Positions 1 through 11,524 of a DNA stretch of 53,462 nt are shown here, piece after piece (position 1 is the first letter of the stretch; every line of letters starts with the position of its first letter). Below the pieces are notes generated by a model. That model worked only from the letters and a program-made list of their open reading frames with translations, was not told the DNA's origin and ran no database searches. The translations under genes and the position numbers were made by a program. This DNA comes from Macrostomum lignano (lineage: Eukaryota). The stretch is from assembly GCA_002269645.1 (NCBI GenBank), contig NIVC01004245.1, positions 1 to 53,462 of the forward strand, read 5' to 3'.

Positions 1-21
1 CCATATTCCCTATAGCGGTCT

Positions 22-1972
22 TCAGCTCTCGACCCAAATCCGAAAGCCGTAAGCCAAGGCCAGCCAGCACAGACGAAGCCGTCAGACCGCTGCCGACCTT
101 GGCAGCGGCTGTCCCGTCATATATGGCCCAATCGTCGTTGGCGCTTTCCTCGTCGGCGCAATAGACGCTGGCCTCGGACCGACGCACAGGCGTACATCAC
201 TACATGCCCGATGTAGCTCTGCTCGTGCGTGCTGTGCAGCAGATAGCGCTGGGCCCGGCGGCGTAGACGGCGGACGTCCTCCGCTCCGTGCGACTCGTAG
301 TCGTAATTGTACAAAGCCGGAACTGGAAGTTCACAGCCGTGGTGTTCGCATCGTGAGGTTCTTGCGCGGCGTCCCGATAGCAGCGGAAGGACCGTCGGCG
401 TAGTTCAGCACAGTGTAGGGCATGCCGTCGTAGGCGACTGCCTCGCCTTTGAATTGTACCTGTCCTCGTCAGAGTTCACAACCGGCCTAGGATCGGGTTC
501 CTCGCAGGCCCCAGCCGCCAACAGTGAACACGTTGGCTGTGGTCGCCAGTCACCAACATTGAGGGTGTCTGCGCGCGTTGGTTAGCCCATTGCTCGAGTG
601 ACTGCCCTGTCCAGCTCCAGGACATCGTGCAGGGCTCGCTTGCCGTAGTTGTCATGGTGAGCGTGATCGATGCGACCAGCTTCCACGAAAAGGGCAAAGC
701 GTTGGATTGCGGGACAGAATGCGAATGGCTTTGTCCACCATCTCTGAGAGACTCGGCTCCTGATAGGTCGGGTCCATCTCGTTGTCCAACTGGTAGCGCA
801 GGTGGCTCGTGTGCGAACAGTCCCAGGACGTAGTCAGTGTTCGCCGGGTCGATCGCGTCGAACTGCGACTTAGACTCAGCGAAGGCAAAGCGCCGCATTT
901 TGCTGGACTGCAGATTTCGCCAGCGGTTGATCAGATTCACGCCGTCCTGTCGTTTGCCAGAAACTGAGGAGTTCTTGTTCGAGTAATCGATGGTACTTTC
1001 AGCAGTGGGCAAAAAGTTGGTCCGTCCACCACCAAAAATGACATTCCAATCGGCTGCGTTCGACACCAGCTGGGTGGCAATATCCGGACATTTTGTCTTG
1101 TCCGTTCCGGCAGGAAGATTGGCGTCACTTTCCCAGCTGCGGCTGGGCGAATGCGCGTACATCGCTGCCGGAGTGGCGTGCGTGATCCGCGTTGTGGTGA
1201 CGAGACCCACGGACTTTCCAGCCAGTTGGGCGTAGTGCATAAATGAATACAAATTCTTGCTGGGATCGTACGTCGTGCAGTTGCCCCTGATGACGTCCTG
1301 ATTCACTCCGATGTTTCCATCGTTCGTCTTCACTCCGCTGCCAATAGCTGTCGCCGTGGCCCCCGAGTCCGATGTCTGGAAGTCGCAGTCGTATGTCTTG
1401 GCCAGAGCAATCTGTGGGAATGTCTCGTACGATAGCTGAGCCTCCTCACCGGATCGGTTCTGCAACTGGCCCTTGTAGACTCGGCCCGCCATTGTGCTGG
1501 TCAGGCTCAGGCCGTCGCCCAGGAAGAACACGAGGTTCTTGGCCCGGCCACGCTGCAGGTTTGAAGCTGCCGCTTTCGCAGCCAGCAGGTCTGCTCGACC
1601 GCGATTCACCCACCATTGCGGCGACTCGTATGAGGGCACCGGAAAGTGACTCTCCGACTTTGGAGCCATTGCAGAATCGCAGATGTTCGGCAGCAACAGA
1701 ACCAGCGCTGCTGCGATGCCGACAGCAGTCAAGGGGCGTCGTGTCACTAAAATGGAAATGGCTGATTAAACTTACCGTGATTTTGAACTATAGTTACTCT
1801 AACGATTTTCAAAGTAGTAGTTAATCGGTCATCTCTATAGCAATAATTTTGGAGAATTAAAATGTTATACATAAATCATATAAATATAATATATAGATTA
1901 GTTACTAAGCATGTTAAACTATAATGTTATATGAAATTAAGCTAGATGCGCAGCAGACAACACGCACTTACT
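22..1972 (-). CDS. alp: Alkaline phosphatase, secreted or GPI-anchored type. The main exon spans 1746-22. The 3' half is broken by several single-base frameshifts (assembly error or pseudogenisation).
   Basis: Signal peptide MTRRPLTAVGIAAALVLLLP; AKNLVFFLGDG; active-site DSGATATA; GLVTTTRITHATPAAMYAH. Shifted frames give EPSLSEMVDKAIRILSRNP, FVEAGRIDHAHH, VTGDHS, ESHGAEDV and HEQSYIGHVVMYA. One frame ends in a hydrophobic GPI-like tail (GSGLTASSVLAALAYGFRIWVES*) with TGA at 24-22. The start ATG is formed across intron 1971-1747. Confidence 0.93.
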
Positions 1973-2910
1973 TGTCTTGCAAAAGGTGTATAATTGCTTG
2001 CAGAAAAAATTGTCTGTTTGCTAAGAATTAGGTCAAGCTCGGAGATGAAGACGGTGCCAGACTCTTATTTACATGTAATTGAATAAGCCGAGGCGGAGCG
2101 GGGGTTGCATAGATACTAAGCTTTATTATTGATAGCAAGCCGTCTTTCAGGTGCGTTGAGAAGCCTTTATTTGCTTGATACCCCGCGGGAAACAATTTAC
2201 TGGACGTGCACACAATACTCGCACGGAGGGGTAGCTTAGCTGTAGCTGTGCTGTTGTATAGCCATGCACCACTGCAGTCCACAATGATGCAACTCTTCGA
2301 ATTCATGCATACACTGTTTGAATAGATGCAAACAGTTGCATAGCTGCACTTTCGTAGACTAGCTATAGTAGCCCATATACGGAGTTCAAGTATAGTCTAG
2401 ACTATAGCTATGCATTCTTATAAGGCTTTTGCACTTGGTGGCTGGCTTTTGTTTACCAGCTTTCCTTCACTCCAAGGCTGCAAAACCAAACTCATGCCTG
2501 TCCTGAGCAGAAGCAAGTTTTTGTTTTTTCCGCATTTAATTGGCTTGTAGGAATGGTACAAGCTACATGTAGCTGTATCACCGCACCAAACCGCGCGGTC
2601 TGGTCTGTCCAAGCGAACTGTTGCTCCTTCGAGCAATTCCAGCTCGCAAGTCACATCATATCCGCGCGTACAGGTGGTGAGAAAGAGGTACTGCTGCTGA
2701 CATTACAGGCACCCTACCGGCAAGGAAAGGTGCGCACTCGTGTTTTTTTGACTGCCGGTGCTCCGAATGCGGTCGGTGCCGCTTTATTGCGTGCTAAGCC
2801 GAGCGGGCTGCTCTAATTGTTATAAGCAAGATCGAAACAGAGAGCTTTAATTTTTTGCTTTTTTGTTGTTGTTAGTGTTGAAATTTTTGTGCTGCTGCTT
2901 TTGACTGCTG

Positions 2911-3397
2911 CGTCATTGTGTAAATTTTCCAAAAAGAAAATTTCAACGAATTCGTTTAATTTCCTAGAAATGTGTACAATATACGTACTGCTGCTTTAGC
3001 GCAACTTTAGGGTTCTTGAATCTTACGTCACTGTGCTTAGCTCCTCCACTGGATCACACACAACATCGCGCTCATCAGCACAAATCAGCAGCAGCAGCAG
3101 CACCATCACTGATCTCGTGATCCAACAGCAGTAAGCAATAGAAGCTTGAATTCGTCTCAGCTGCTTCTCGGACACAAGCAGGACCAGTATTCACTGGCTA
3201 GGTAGCCAAATAGTTTTTATTTAATTCAGAAAAAATATCTAAACATAACTTTTTCTCAATCTTTAAGAATTTTTTTCCTACTTGTTAATATTTTTAGATT
3301 TTTTGAACGTCCAATTTTCTACGAACGCATTGATTTACAGACCATTTACTGGCGGGATAAATCCAACTTTAAGATCGTTTTGAAACCAATTACGTCA
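2911..3397. promoter_or_regulatory. Three CRE-like sites upstream of crtc
   Basis: CGTCA half-site at 2911-2915; TTACGTCA at 3023-3030 and 3390-3397. Confidence 0.35.
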
Positions 3398-3606
3398 TTA
3401 TTTGAGCTATGAACTGAATTTTTTACTTTCTCATATAGTGCACGAGTTGCATTTTCTACATCTTGGCATTTGGCGAAGCACCAATATTTTAAAGTTTAAG
3501 GACAAACCGATAAATAAAAATTCTGTTTCATTTTCTAAGAGCAACCCCATCGTTTTTAAGTTTAAAAGACTGCTTTTGCAAGGCAAGGAACTTTTCATTC
3601 AAGAAC

Positions 3607-6508
3607 ATGACTTCCAAAGCGCATTATAGCTCAAATTGTAGTCCCAGAAAATTTGATGAAAAAATTGCTTTATTAAAAGCAAATGAGTCCGAGTCAAATG
3701 AAAAGTTTGATAGACTACTTTGCGAGCTAAATGTTCTTAAAGGACATGTGAGTCTTTTTGTTGTATGTGAGTCTTTTTCTTGTATTTGAATTTTTTATTT
3801 ACTTCATTGAGCCTTTGGTTATATAGCATTATTATTATTGGCTGGTAGACATGTTAAATTAATCTGTTTTGGATATTTCATGTGAAAGGCCTATGGTATA
3901 GTATTGGCATATTTCTATGTTTAAGTTAAATTAAGATAAATTTATGGATTGCTATTTGCTAGCCTAGTAGACTTAAATATCATCATTATAAATTTTATAA
4001 TATAGCTTAATAGATTTCTTTTATTCTCCAGAATAGTTAGCTACTACAATGATAAATTAAAAATTGAATTATTCATTAATTTATCTAGTATGATAAAGTA
4101 GTGGCTCCAAGCTATTGCAAAAATATTGGTTAAGAATTATATAATTCCCAATAATCTAATGCTATATAAAGTTTGTCTTCAATAAACAAAATGACTATAT
4201 AAATTAAAATTATCTAATTATAACTAACAAACTTATTAGTAAATAAATATTTTTAAATTATAACCAAGCATTGTATATTTCCAGTTAATTATTTTTGCAT
4301 ATTTTTTATTCTAACTTTTAACATTTTCAATCATATTTAGATAAGTTAAAATAAGATTTAGGACATTTTAAAGTCAATATAGTTTTAAAAACTTACAAGT
4401 GCTTAAAAGTAGCTAATGAAAAAAATAGAATTGTTAGAATTATTTTTGTAATGAGAAAATATATAATTGATGCTCATTTGTTTAGCTAAATTACTCACCT
4501 TTCCCAAACCTCTCCAATGTTGGCACAGCTTAACCCGAGCTCTCGTCGCACAGTCTCAACACCAAATGTGGCCAACAATGCTTCAGTTGGAAGTGCAGCG
4601 GCCCCAACAGATGGAGCTGCTGCTAATAATAGCAACACTGTTGTTGCCTCTGCTGGTGCCGCTGCCACTGGTGCAGCCGAGGTCAACAGCACAAGCTCGC
4701 CTGTGCCCATCGCTGCAGGTGGCTGGTACTCCACCAATGCCGCAGCTGCTGCCGCTGCCGCCGCTGCCATCGCTGGCAGCCATTTTCCAGCTAGCGGCCA
4801 CTACGGCGGCTCCAACTGCAATGTGAGCTGCACACCGCCTGCCACCCTCACCGGCTGTCCCTCCTGCCCGCTGGTTTCAGCCTCTCAGTATGCTAGCGCC
4901 GGCGCCGCAGGCTCCACTGGCTACCCTAGTGGCACCGGCGCCGGCGGCCCGATGTACACTTCTTCGACTCAGTGTACGCCGAAGCGGCGCGTACGCGACA
5001 TGGTGATGTCCCGTGTGCAGCGGTCGCATCCCTACTCACCGACTAGGGACCGCTTCTTCCCCGGCTCTCTGACTGCCGTGAACGATCAGCAGAGCTTGCA
5101 GCCGCTGCACTACCGAGCCCAGCACCACCGCCACGCGCTCCAGCATCAGCAGTCGCAGAATCAGCCAGAGTCGTCCCAGCTGCTTCTGGACGACGATTCG
5201 CAGAGGCTGCCGATTTTTCCGCAGCCGAGGCGCGCCTCGTCGGACACGAACATTGCTGAGCGGCTTCAGCGGTGCTCGCCAACGGCGGAGCAGCAGAGCA
5301 CCGACTGGCAGCATCAGCAGCACCCGCAGCCAGCCCAGCAGATCATGATGCCATTGAATCTCCAGCAGCAGCAGTTGGCGATGCAGTTCCAGCAGTATCA
5401 GCAGCCGCTGCTCCAAGATGACATGATCCGTCTGAGCCTTGGCGGCTACGGCGGCCAGTTTGGTGGTCAAACTTCCGTCAGCTGCTCCGCCTCGTACGCT
5501 GAGCAGCTGAACTCTTCCGCTGGGGGCGCCGCCATTCCGGAAATTCAGGTCAGTTGAGTGCTATATAGGAGTTTTATATGATGAACTGTTCTAACAGCTG
5601 GTGCCTTCACCAAACAGACACTTCACCAACCACAACCAGACACTTCACCAACCAGACACTTCACCAACCACCAGACACTTCACCAACCTGACACTTCACC
5701 AACCTGACACTTCACCAACCTGACACTTCACCAACCACCAGACACTTCACCAACCAGACACTTCACCAAACAGACACTTCACCAACCTGACACTTCACCA
5801 ACCAGACACTTCACCAACCAGACACTTCACCAACCGGACACTTCACCAACCGGACACTTCACCAACCGGACACTTCACCAACCGGACACTTCACCAACCA
5901 GACACTTTACCAACCTGACACTTCACCAACCTGACACTCCACCAACCTGACACTTCACCAACCAGACACTTCACCAACCTGACACTTCACCAACCTGACA
6001 CTCCACCAACCAGACACTTCACCAACCAGACACTTCACCAACCAGACACTTCACCAACCAGACACTTCACCAACCAGACACTTCACCAACCTGACACTTC
6101 ACCAACCAGACACTTCACCAACCTGACATTCCACCAACCAGACACTTCACCAACCAGACACTTCACCAACCTGACACTTCACCAACCAGACACTTCACCA
6201 GCCAGACACTTCACCAACCTGACACTCCACCAACCAGACACTTCACCAACCTGACACTCCACCAACCAGACACTTCACCAACTGACTCACCTTGAGCTTA
6301 CTAATGTGCACTGCAGGTGACTCACTCTATGTGCCAGAGTCCAACTCTGTTCTGCGGCCCCGAAGTCGCTGCCGACGTGCCCGAAGCTCTGCCAGACCAG
6401 CAGGATCAGTTGGGCCTCTTCGAAACTGACGAGGATATGAATAATGCCGGTGAAAGTGAGTACACTGAGCACACACAGTTTATTGCTAACTGGTCTGGAG
6501 GGGTTTGA
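3607..6508 (+). CDS. crtc: CREB-regulated transcription coactivator (CRTC/TORC) homolog; exons approx. 3607-3747, 4529-5548, 6317-6508
   Basis: Exon 1 SPRKFDEKIALLKANESESNEKF matches the TORC_N motif NPRKFSEKIALH. RRASSDTNI resembles the SIK/14-3-3 site RTxSDSAL. A Gln-rich middle is present. The spliced junction IPEIQ|VT matches the TORC_C start IPNIILT. Junctions are GT-AG and phase 0. The 3' end is uncertain. Confidence 0.82.
5604..6284. repeat. 16-bp minisatellite (CAGACACTTCACCAAC) filling crtc intron 2
   Basis: About 40 tandem copies with CCAGAC/CCTGAC/CCGGAC variants, ending about 30 bp before the acceptor. Confidence 0.95.
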
Positions 6509-6643
6509 GTGCAGGATAAATTTCAGGTCTCGGTTTAAACTGTCACTCGTTCAGTGTACTAACCGCGGTCAGCGCTGCTTAACCAGATATGGACACTCCT
6601 TGGTTTTCTTGGCAAGATAGGCGGCATCTCGTGCGTTTCACAT

Positions 6644-7058
6644 CCAATCCCTAAGGCACAGAGAGCTAATCCCTAAGGCACAGAGAGCCAATCCCTAAGG
6701 CACAGAGAGCCAATCCCTAAGGCACAGAGAGCCAATCCCTAAGGCACAGAGAGCCAGTCCCTAAGGCACAGAGAGCCAATCCCTAAGGCACAGAGAGCCA
6801 ATCCCTAAGGCACAGAGAGCCAATCCCTAAGGCACAGAGAGCCAATCCCTAAGGCACAGAGAGCCAATCCCTAAGGCACAGAGAGCCAATCCCTAAGGCA
6901 CAGAGAGCCAATCCCTAAGGCACAGAGAGCCAATCCCTAAGGCACAGAGAGCCAATCCCTAAGGCACAGAGAGCCAATCCCTAAGGCACAGAGAGCCAAT
7001 CCCTAAGGCACAGAGAGCCAATCCCTAAGGCACAGAGAGCCAATCCCTAAGGCACAGA
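6644..7058. repeat. 22-bp minisatellite (CCAATCCCTAAGGCACAGAGAG)
   Basis: About 19 nearly identical copies downstream of crtc. Confidence 0.95.
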
Positions 7059-7649
7059 GTGTACAGTGCCTGACGATTAGAAAGGTTGCTGTATACCCTG
7101 TTTTTCTGAGTGCGGGCCTGCGTACAGTATTGGCGCGCTTGCATGTGGCTCAGGAGTCAGCGGAACGTGCGAATATGCCTTTAAGCACCAGGAGTTCAGG
7201 AGTGGAAAACTCTCCCCATTCAACTGTTCAGACCTGATTGAATGACGCCAGCAGTGCAGCCATAAAAAGCCCAGCTTTTATTTAGAGCCTAGAAAAATGA
7301 TGAAGTGCGGCATTGCTAGTGCTACTCCGGTGAGGCAGAATCCCAGCGGAGGGCGATGCCGTCTTTATTTCTAACCTTTCAAAATTATTTCGCGTGCAAA
7401 CTCCGATTTGATTTTGATTTACCTGTCAAAAAACACCAGCAATACCCTGCTGAACTGTTGAAAATGCTGGCCTCTGCTCTGTAGATCGTTCATGACTCCA
7501 CAGCTCCTGTCATGCAAGCTTTCAGTCTGCTTGTCCTCAACGAATTTGAGCTCTTCATGCATGATAAATTTACAGCAATGAGTCAATACTTGATTTAGAT
7601 TGTGTCCATTACTACTCACCTTGAATAGCTTGTAATTGCAACCATATCT

Positions 7650-8086
7650 TTTATTGACCAGGCTAGATAGAACTTCAATGTACATTGCTTCACCCACTCT
7701 GTCATTATCGAGACGTTTCTATCGACCATGCCGCTTATTGACCAGGCTAGATAGAAATTCAATGTACATTGCTTCATCCACTCTGTCCTTATCGAGACGT
7801 TTCTATCGACCATGCCGCTTATTGACCAGGCTAGATAGAAATTCAATGTACATTGCTTCATCCACTCTGTCCTTATCGAGACGTTTCTATCGACCATGCC
7901 GCTTATTGACCAGGCTAGATAGAAATTCAATGTACATTGCTTCATCCACTCTGTCCTTATCGAGACGTTTCTATCGACCATGCCGCTTATTGACCAGGCT
8001 AGATAGAACTTCAATGTACATTGCTTCATCCACTCTGTCCTTATCGAGACGTTTCTATCGACCATGCCGCTTATTGACCAGGCTAG
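7650..8086. repeat. 84-bp tandem repeat, about 5 copies
   Basis: Unit ATTGACCAGGCTAGATAGAAATTCAATGTACATTGCTTCATCCACTCTGTCCTTATCGAGACGTTTCTATCGACCATGCCGCTT; no spacers. Confidence 0.95.
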
Positions 8087-9276
8087 TTAGAATCACTTGA
8101 CCTCTACATAATCTTCTCAAACTTCACAAATTCTACATAAATTTTCAAATATATTAAGCTAAATTATCTGTGCCGATAAGATTAGAAAGCCTCTTAACCG
8201 TTACCTGTGTCACCTGTTGCTCAGGTTTCTCAATTAGCAAAGAAAAAAGATTGTTAAATAGCAACCTGCTAGAGACAAGCTGAGTGGTTTGTTTATCTTT
8301 TCCTCCCATTTTTTATCTAATCCGGTTCGCCGTGCAAGTAAAATTGCTAACTGATTCGGGCAGCTGGCGGGACACGGGAAAATCCCAGCTGAGAGAGCAG
8401 GTCGGGTGGATGAGGGGTTAGAGGCAAGAGACGAAGTAGAGCAAAGAGCAGAGATTTCAGGCTTTGTCGATCTGTTAAGTACATTGCCCAGAAGGCAGTC
8501 GTAGTGAGAGAGCAAGAGATGCTGCGAGCCTCCCTCTCTGGCCCTCTGGGAGCCCCGCTCGCCTTTCGCTTTCCTCCCAGCTCGGGCAAGCGAGCGAGCA
8601 TAAAGAAAGACAGGAGGAGGGCGATGCTTTTTCTCTAAAGAAACAAAAATCTGTTCGACGCACCTTCATCATATTTTCGATGGAGAGGAGAGTGACAGCA
8701 GATTTTATATAAACAGAGTAATTATTATGCTATTCTGTTTCCAGCCTGCCGCTGCTGCCGCTGTTGTTGTTGTTGATGACGGCCCAGCTGGGTCACCTGG
8801 TCATTGGGCCTACGGGAACGGTCTGACTGCAACATGGCACAGCCAGCCGTCTTTGTCCCGCTCACCATAGGACAGGGGCCTTGCACCACCGCGTCGCCGC
8901 GTGAGTGTGCAGAGGGCATGTCGGCGAGCCTGCCACCAGGTCCACCAGGGTCTACCCCAGCAGAGGGGCCGTTATTCCAGCTTTCGTGTCCGTGGCCAGC
9001 GGACCTTCCACCCCACGCCTGACAGTCCAGCACTGGCGGCCAGCCCCGATGGGGTCTAGCCAGTGTCTGGAGCTGCTCGGAGGCCTGCTGGATGTGAGGC
9101 TGCTGCCGCTGTTGTAGCTTTTGATAACGCAGGTGTGAGCTGAGCGCCTTTGATGTCTCTGTGGCGCCTTTGAGACTGAAAAGAAAACGTGGCTGGATAA
9201 GTTGCTGGGGCTTTGCACAGCAACGGCGCTTTTCCATCTGTATGCGTGCGGCGGAAGTAAATTCTGGTCAGAGCAA

Positions 9277-9500
9277 GGGGGGTTGTAGCCTAGTGGTCAG
9301 AGCGTTGGACTCACGACTTGAAGGTCGGGGGTTCGATTCCCGATCCCACTGGAACAATTTGTGTCCTTGAGCAAGACACTTAACTCAGCATTGCTTCAGT
9401 TCACCCAGCTGTAAAATGGGTGCCAGCATTAGCTGGGGTAATTGAAAGTGTGTGTGGCGACCCCCCAGTCCTTGGACTGAACAGCCATACGCAGCCTTCA
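9277..9500 (+). mobile_element. tRNA-derived SINE
   Basis: A box TAGCCTAGTGG (9286) and B box GGTTCGATTCCC (~9330) with a degenerate cloverleaf. These are followed by GTGTCCTTGAGCAAGACACTTAAC...CACCCAGCTGTAAAATGGGT, which resembles the conserved central domains (Meta/V type) of animal SINE superfamilies. Confidence 0.8.
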
Positions 9501-9502
9501 TA

Positions 9503-9540
9503 TCTGTCTTAGTGTCTGTCTGTCTGTCTGTCTGTCTGTA

Positions 9541-9589
<49 letters not shown>

Positions 9590-9648
9590 GCTTGTCTGTC
9601 TCTCTGTCTGTCTGTCTTAGTGTCTGTCTGTCTGTCTGCTTGTGTTAG

Positions 9649-9681
<33 letters not shown>

Positions 9682-9724
9682 TAGTGTCTATCTGTCTGTC
9701 TTAGTGTCTATCTGTCTGTCTTAG

Positions 9725-9795
<71 letters not shown>
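9503..9795. repeat. (TCTG)n microsatellite with TTAGTG interruptions
   Basis: Direct reading of the sequence. Confidence 0.95.
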
Positions 9796-10460
9796 ATTTC
9801 TGGCTCAATTCTGCGAACTGAAATGCACGGCTCTCCTTGCGCTCTTTCACAGTTTCTCTGCAGTCTGCTGTCTTTTAGGTGCTGCTTGTTCGAAAATTTC
9901 TTGCTTCGCCGTTGGCCCTTCTCTGTACGGTTTGTTCGTCAGAGACTTCATTAGAAATCCCATTAACGCCGCGCCCTTGTCACGCGCAGCCGTGTCTGTG
10001 AAACTGTAATGTTAGCCATATTGAGAGTGGATAGTAGGGTATAGCAGGTTGAACCCGACACCTGCACTGGAGCTTGAAAGGACAACTCCTAATTTAGCTC
10101 TAATCTGCAGCTATTTGTGAACGCGCTTGACAGGTGGAGATGGGCTGTTCGCATGGCCGTGGCGTGCTTTGCTTTGCCCCCCCCGTTTCACTTTGCTGCC
10201 GCGCGCCTGGCGTCCTCTCAGTTGCGTGTCCCTGCCCCCCCTCTTCTCCCGATCTTTTTCCTCTCCCCTTTCTCCTATAATTTTTCCTTCATCCCATCCG
10301 GTCTATCATCTTGTAGTTTTTAAAAAAACAAATCAATAATCGTCTACTAATCAGTAGCGAGCATTGACTATGCTATGATTTTTTATACTGCAATCTCTCT
10401 TTGGGGTCGCGGCACAAAATTTGGTCTCGGGGGGGTGTCTTGCGATTCACACTAGCGAGG

Positions 10461-10805
10461 GGGGCCCATCACAAGCTCGAAAAGTCAAGCTCGAAAAAAC
10501 ATATCGTCGAAAAGTCTAGCAACCACCATCACAATCTCGAATAGGGTTAGGGTTAGAACTTGTGCCTTAGGGTTAGGGTTTAGGGTTAAGTTTAGGGTTG
10601 GGGTTAGAACTTGTGCCTTAGGGTTAGGGCTTAGGGTTAAGTTTAGGGTTGGGGTTAGAACTTGTGCCTTAGGGTTAGGGTTTAGGGTTAGGCTAGGGTA
10701 CTGGTGCCTTAGGGTTAGGGTTAGAGCTTGTGCCTTTTCGAGATTGTGATGATGTTTGCTGAACTTTTCGACGATGTGATTTTTCGAGCTTATGATGGCG
10801 ACCCC
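10461..10805. mobile_element. Non-autonomous DNA transposon (MITE), GG..CC termini, 8-bp TSD, internal telomere-like TTAGGG repeats; Merlin-like
   Basis: TSD TAGCGAGG at 10453-10460 and 10806-10813. Imperfect TIRs of about 70-80 bp (GGGGCCCATCACAAGCTCGAAAA...CACAATCTCGAA versus TTCGAGATTGTG...TTTTCGAGCTTATGATGGCGACCCC). Interior is TTAGGG-rich with a repeated AGAACTTGTGCC. Confidence 0.85.
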
Positions 10806-11524
10806 TAGCGAGGAGGCCCAGCCCCCGATGGCAGATGAAGTGTACATTCGTGAGCTTGTGCGTGCTCAGGGGTCAGCTGAATCCAGAGCGCCCCCTTGCT
10901 GAAAACTATATTCACTGACGAACCGTTCCGCAGTGCGTCGGGACTCTTACACGATGGCCACGGAGGTCCTGGCCAGTCTGGACGGCGATGGCACTGTGAC
11001 TGGAGGCGGTGCTGATGAGGCCCCGGGTCGCCAGCAGCAGCAGCCGCCAACTGCCGAAACTGACGCTACACTGCTGCTGTGATCCGGCCTGACGATGGGG
11101 GTCAAGCAAGGTGAACGCGGAGTATTCAACCCCTGAGTTTTCAGTTTGACGCACAATACATATTGGAGAATGCACAATTACTAATCTTTTATTGAGGGAC
11201 GCTTCTTGGCCTAGGTGCCGTTTTCATCGGAGGAACCATTGCAGTCAGCCTATACTGGTCTGAAAATGGTTGGCAAAGAGTTGTTACTCTATGCTCCTGC
11301 AATGGAGTCCTTATTCCCTGGCATCATTAGGATGTGTAAGATTGTTTTTTAAATGTTATTGCATAAAGCAATTTTTTTAAACCCGATTAGACTATGGAAA
11401 TATCTCACACTCATTTAATTGTCATTTGTTTTTACTCTACTGGCTTTAAAGTTTTTTGTGCAATTTGTGCTCTGCTTTTCGTGGCATTTTGTATTTGTTA
11501 AGCTTTTTATGTCGATTTTGAGCC

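Noticed and set aside
2391-2406. 16-bp perfect palindrome TATAGTCTAGACTATA
   Set aside because: An isolated low-complexity AT-rich palindrome with no associated element
7650-8086. CRISPR-like appearance of this and other regular arrays
   Set aside because: Units are directly adjacent with no unique spacers, there are no cas genes, and the context is eukaryotic
8744-9120. GC-rich stretch after an acceptor-like TTTCCAG with several short ORFs
   Set aside because: No recognisable protein and no consistent long frame; cannot support a gene call
9277-9350. Possible functional tRNA gene
   Set aside because: Anticodon and acceptor stems do not pair well, and the sequence continues into a SINE-type body
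10540-10725. True telomere or chromosome-fusion scar
   Set aside because: The repeats are short and degenerate and are enclosed by TIRs and a TSD, so they belong to a transposon
10815-11085. Coding-looking GC-rich segment right of the MITE
   Set aside because: Frames are short and interrupted and no family was recognised; at most a decayed fragment
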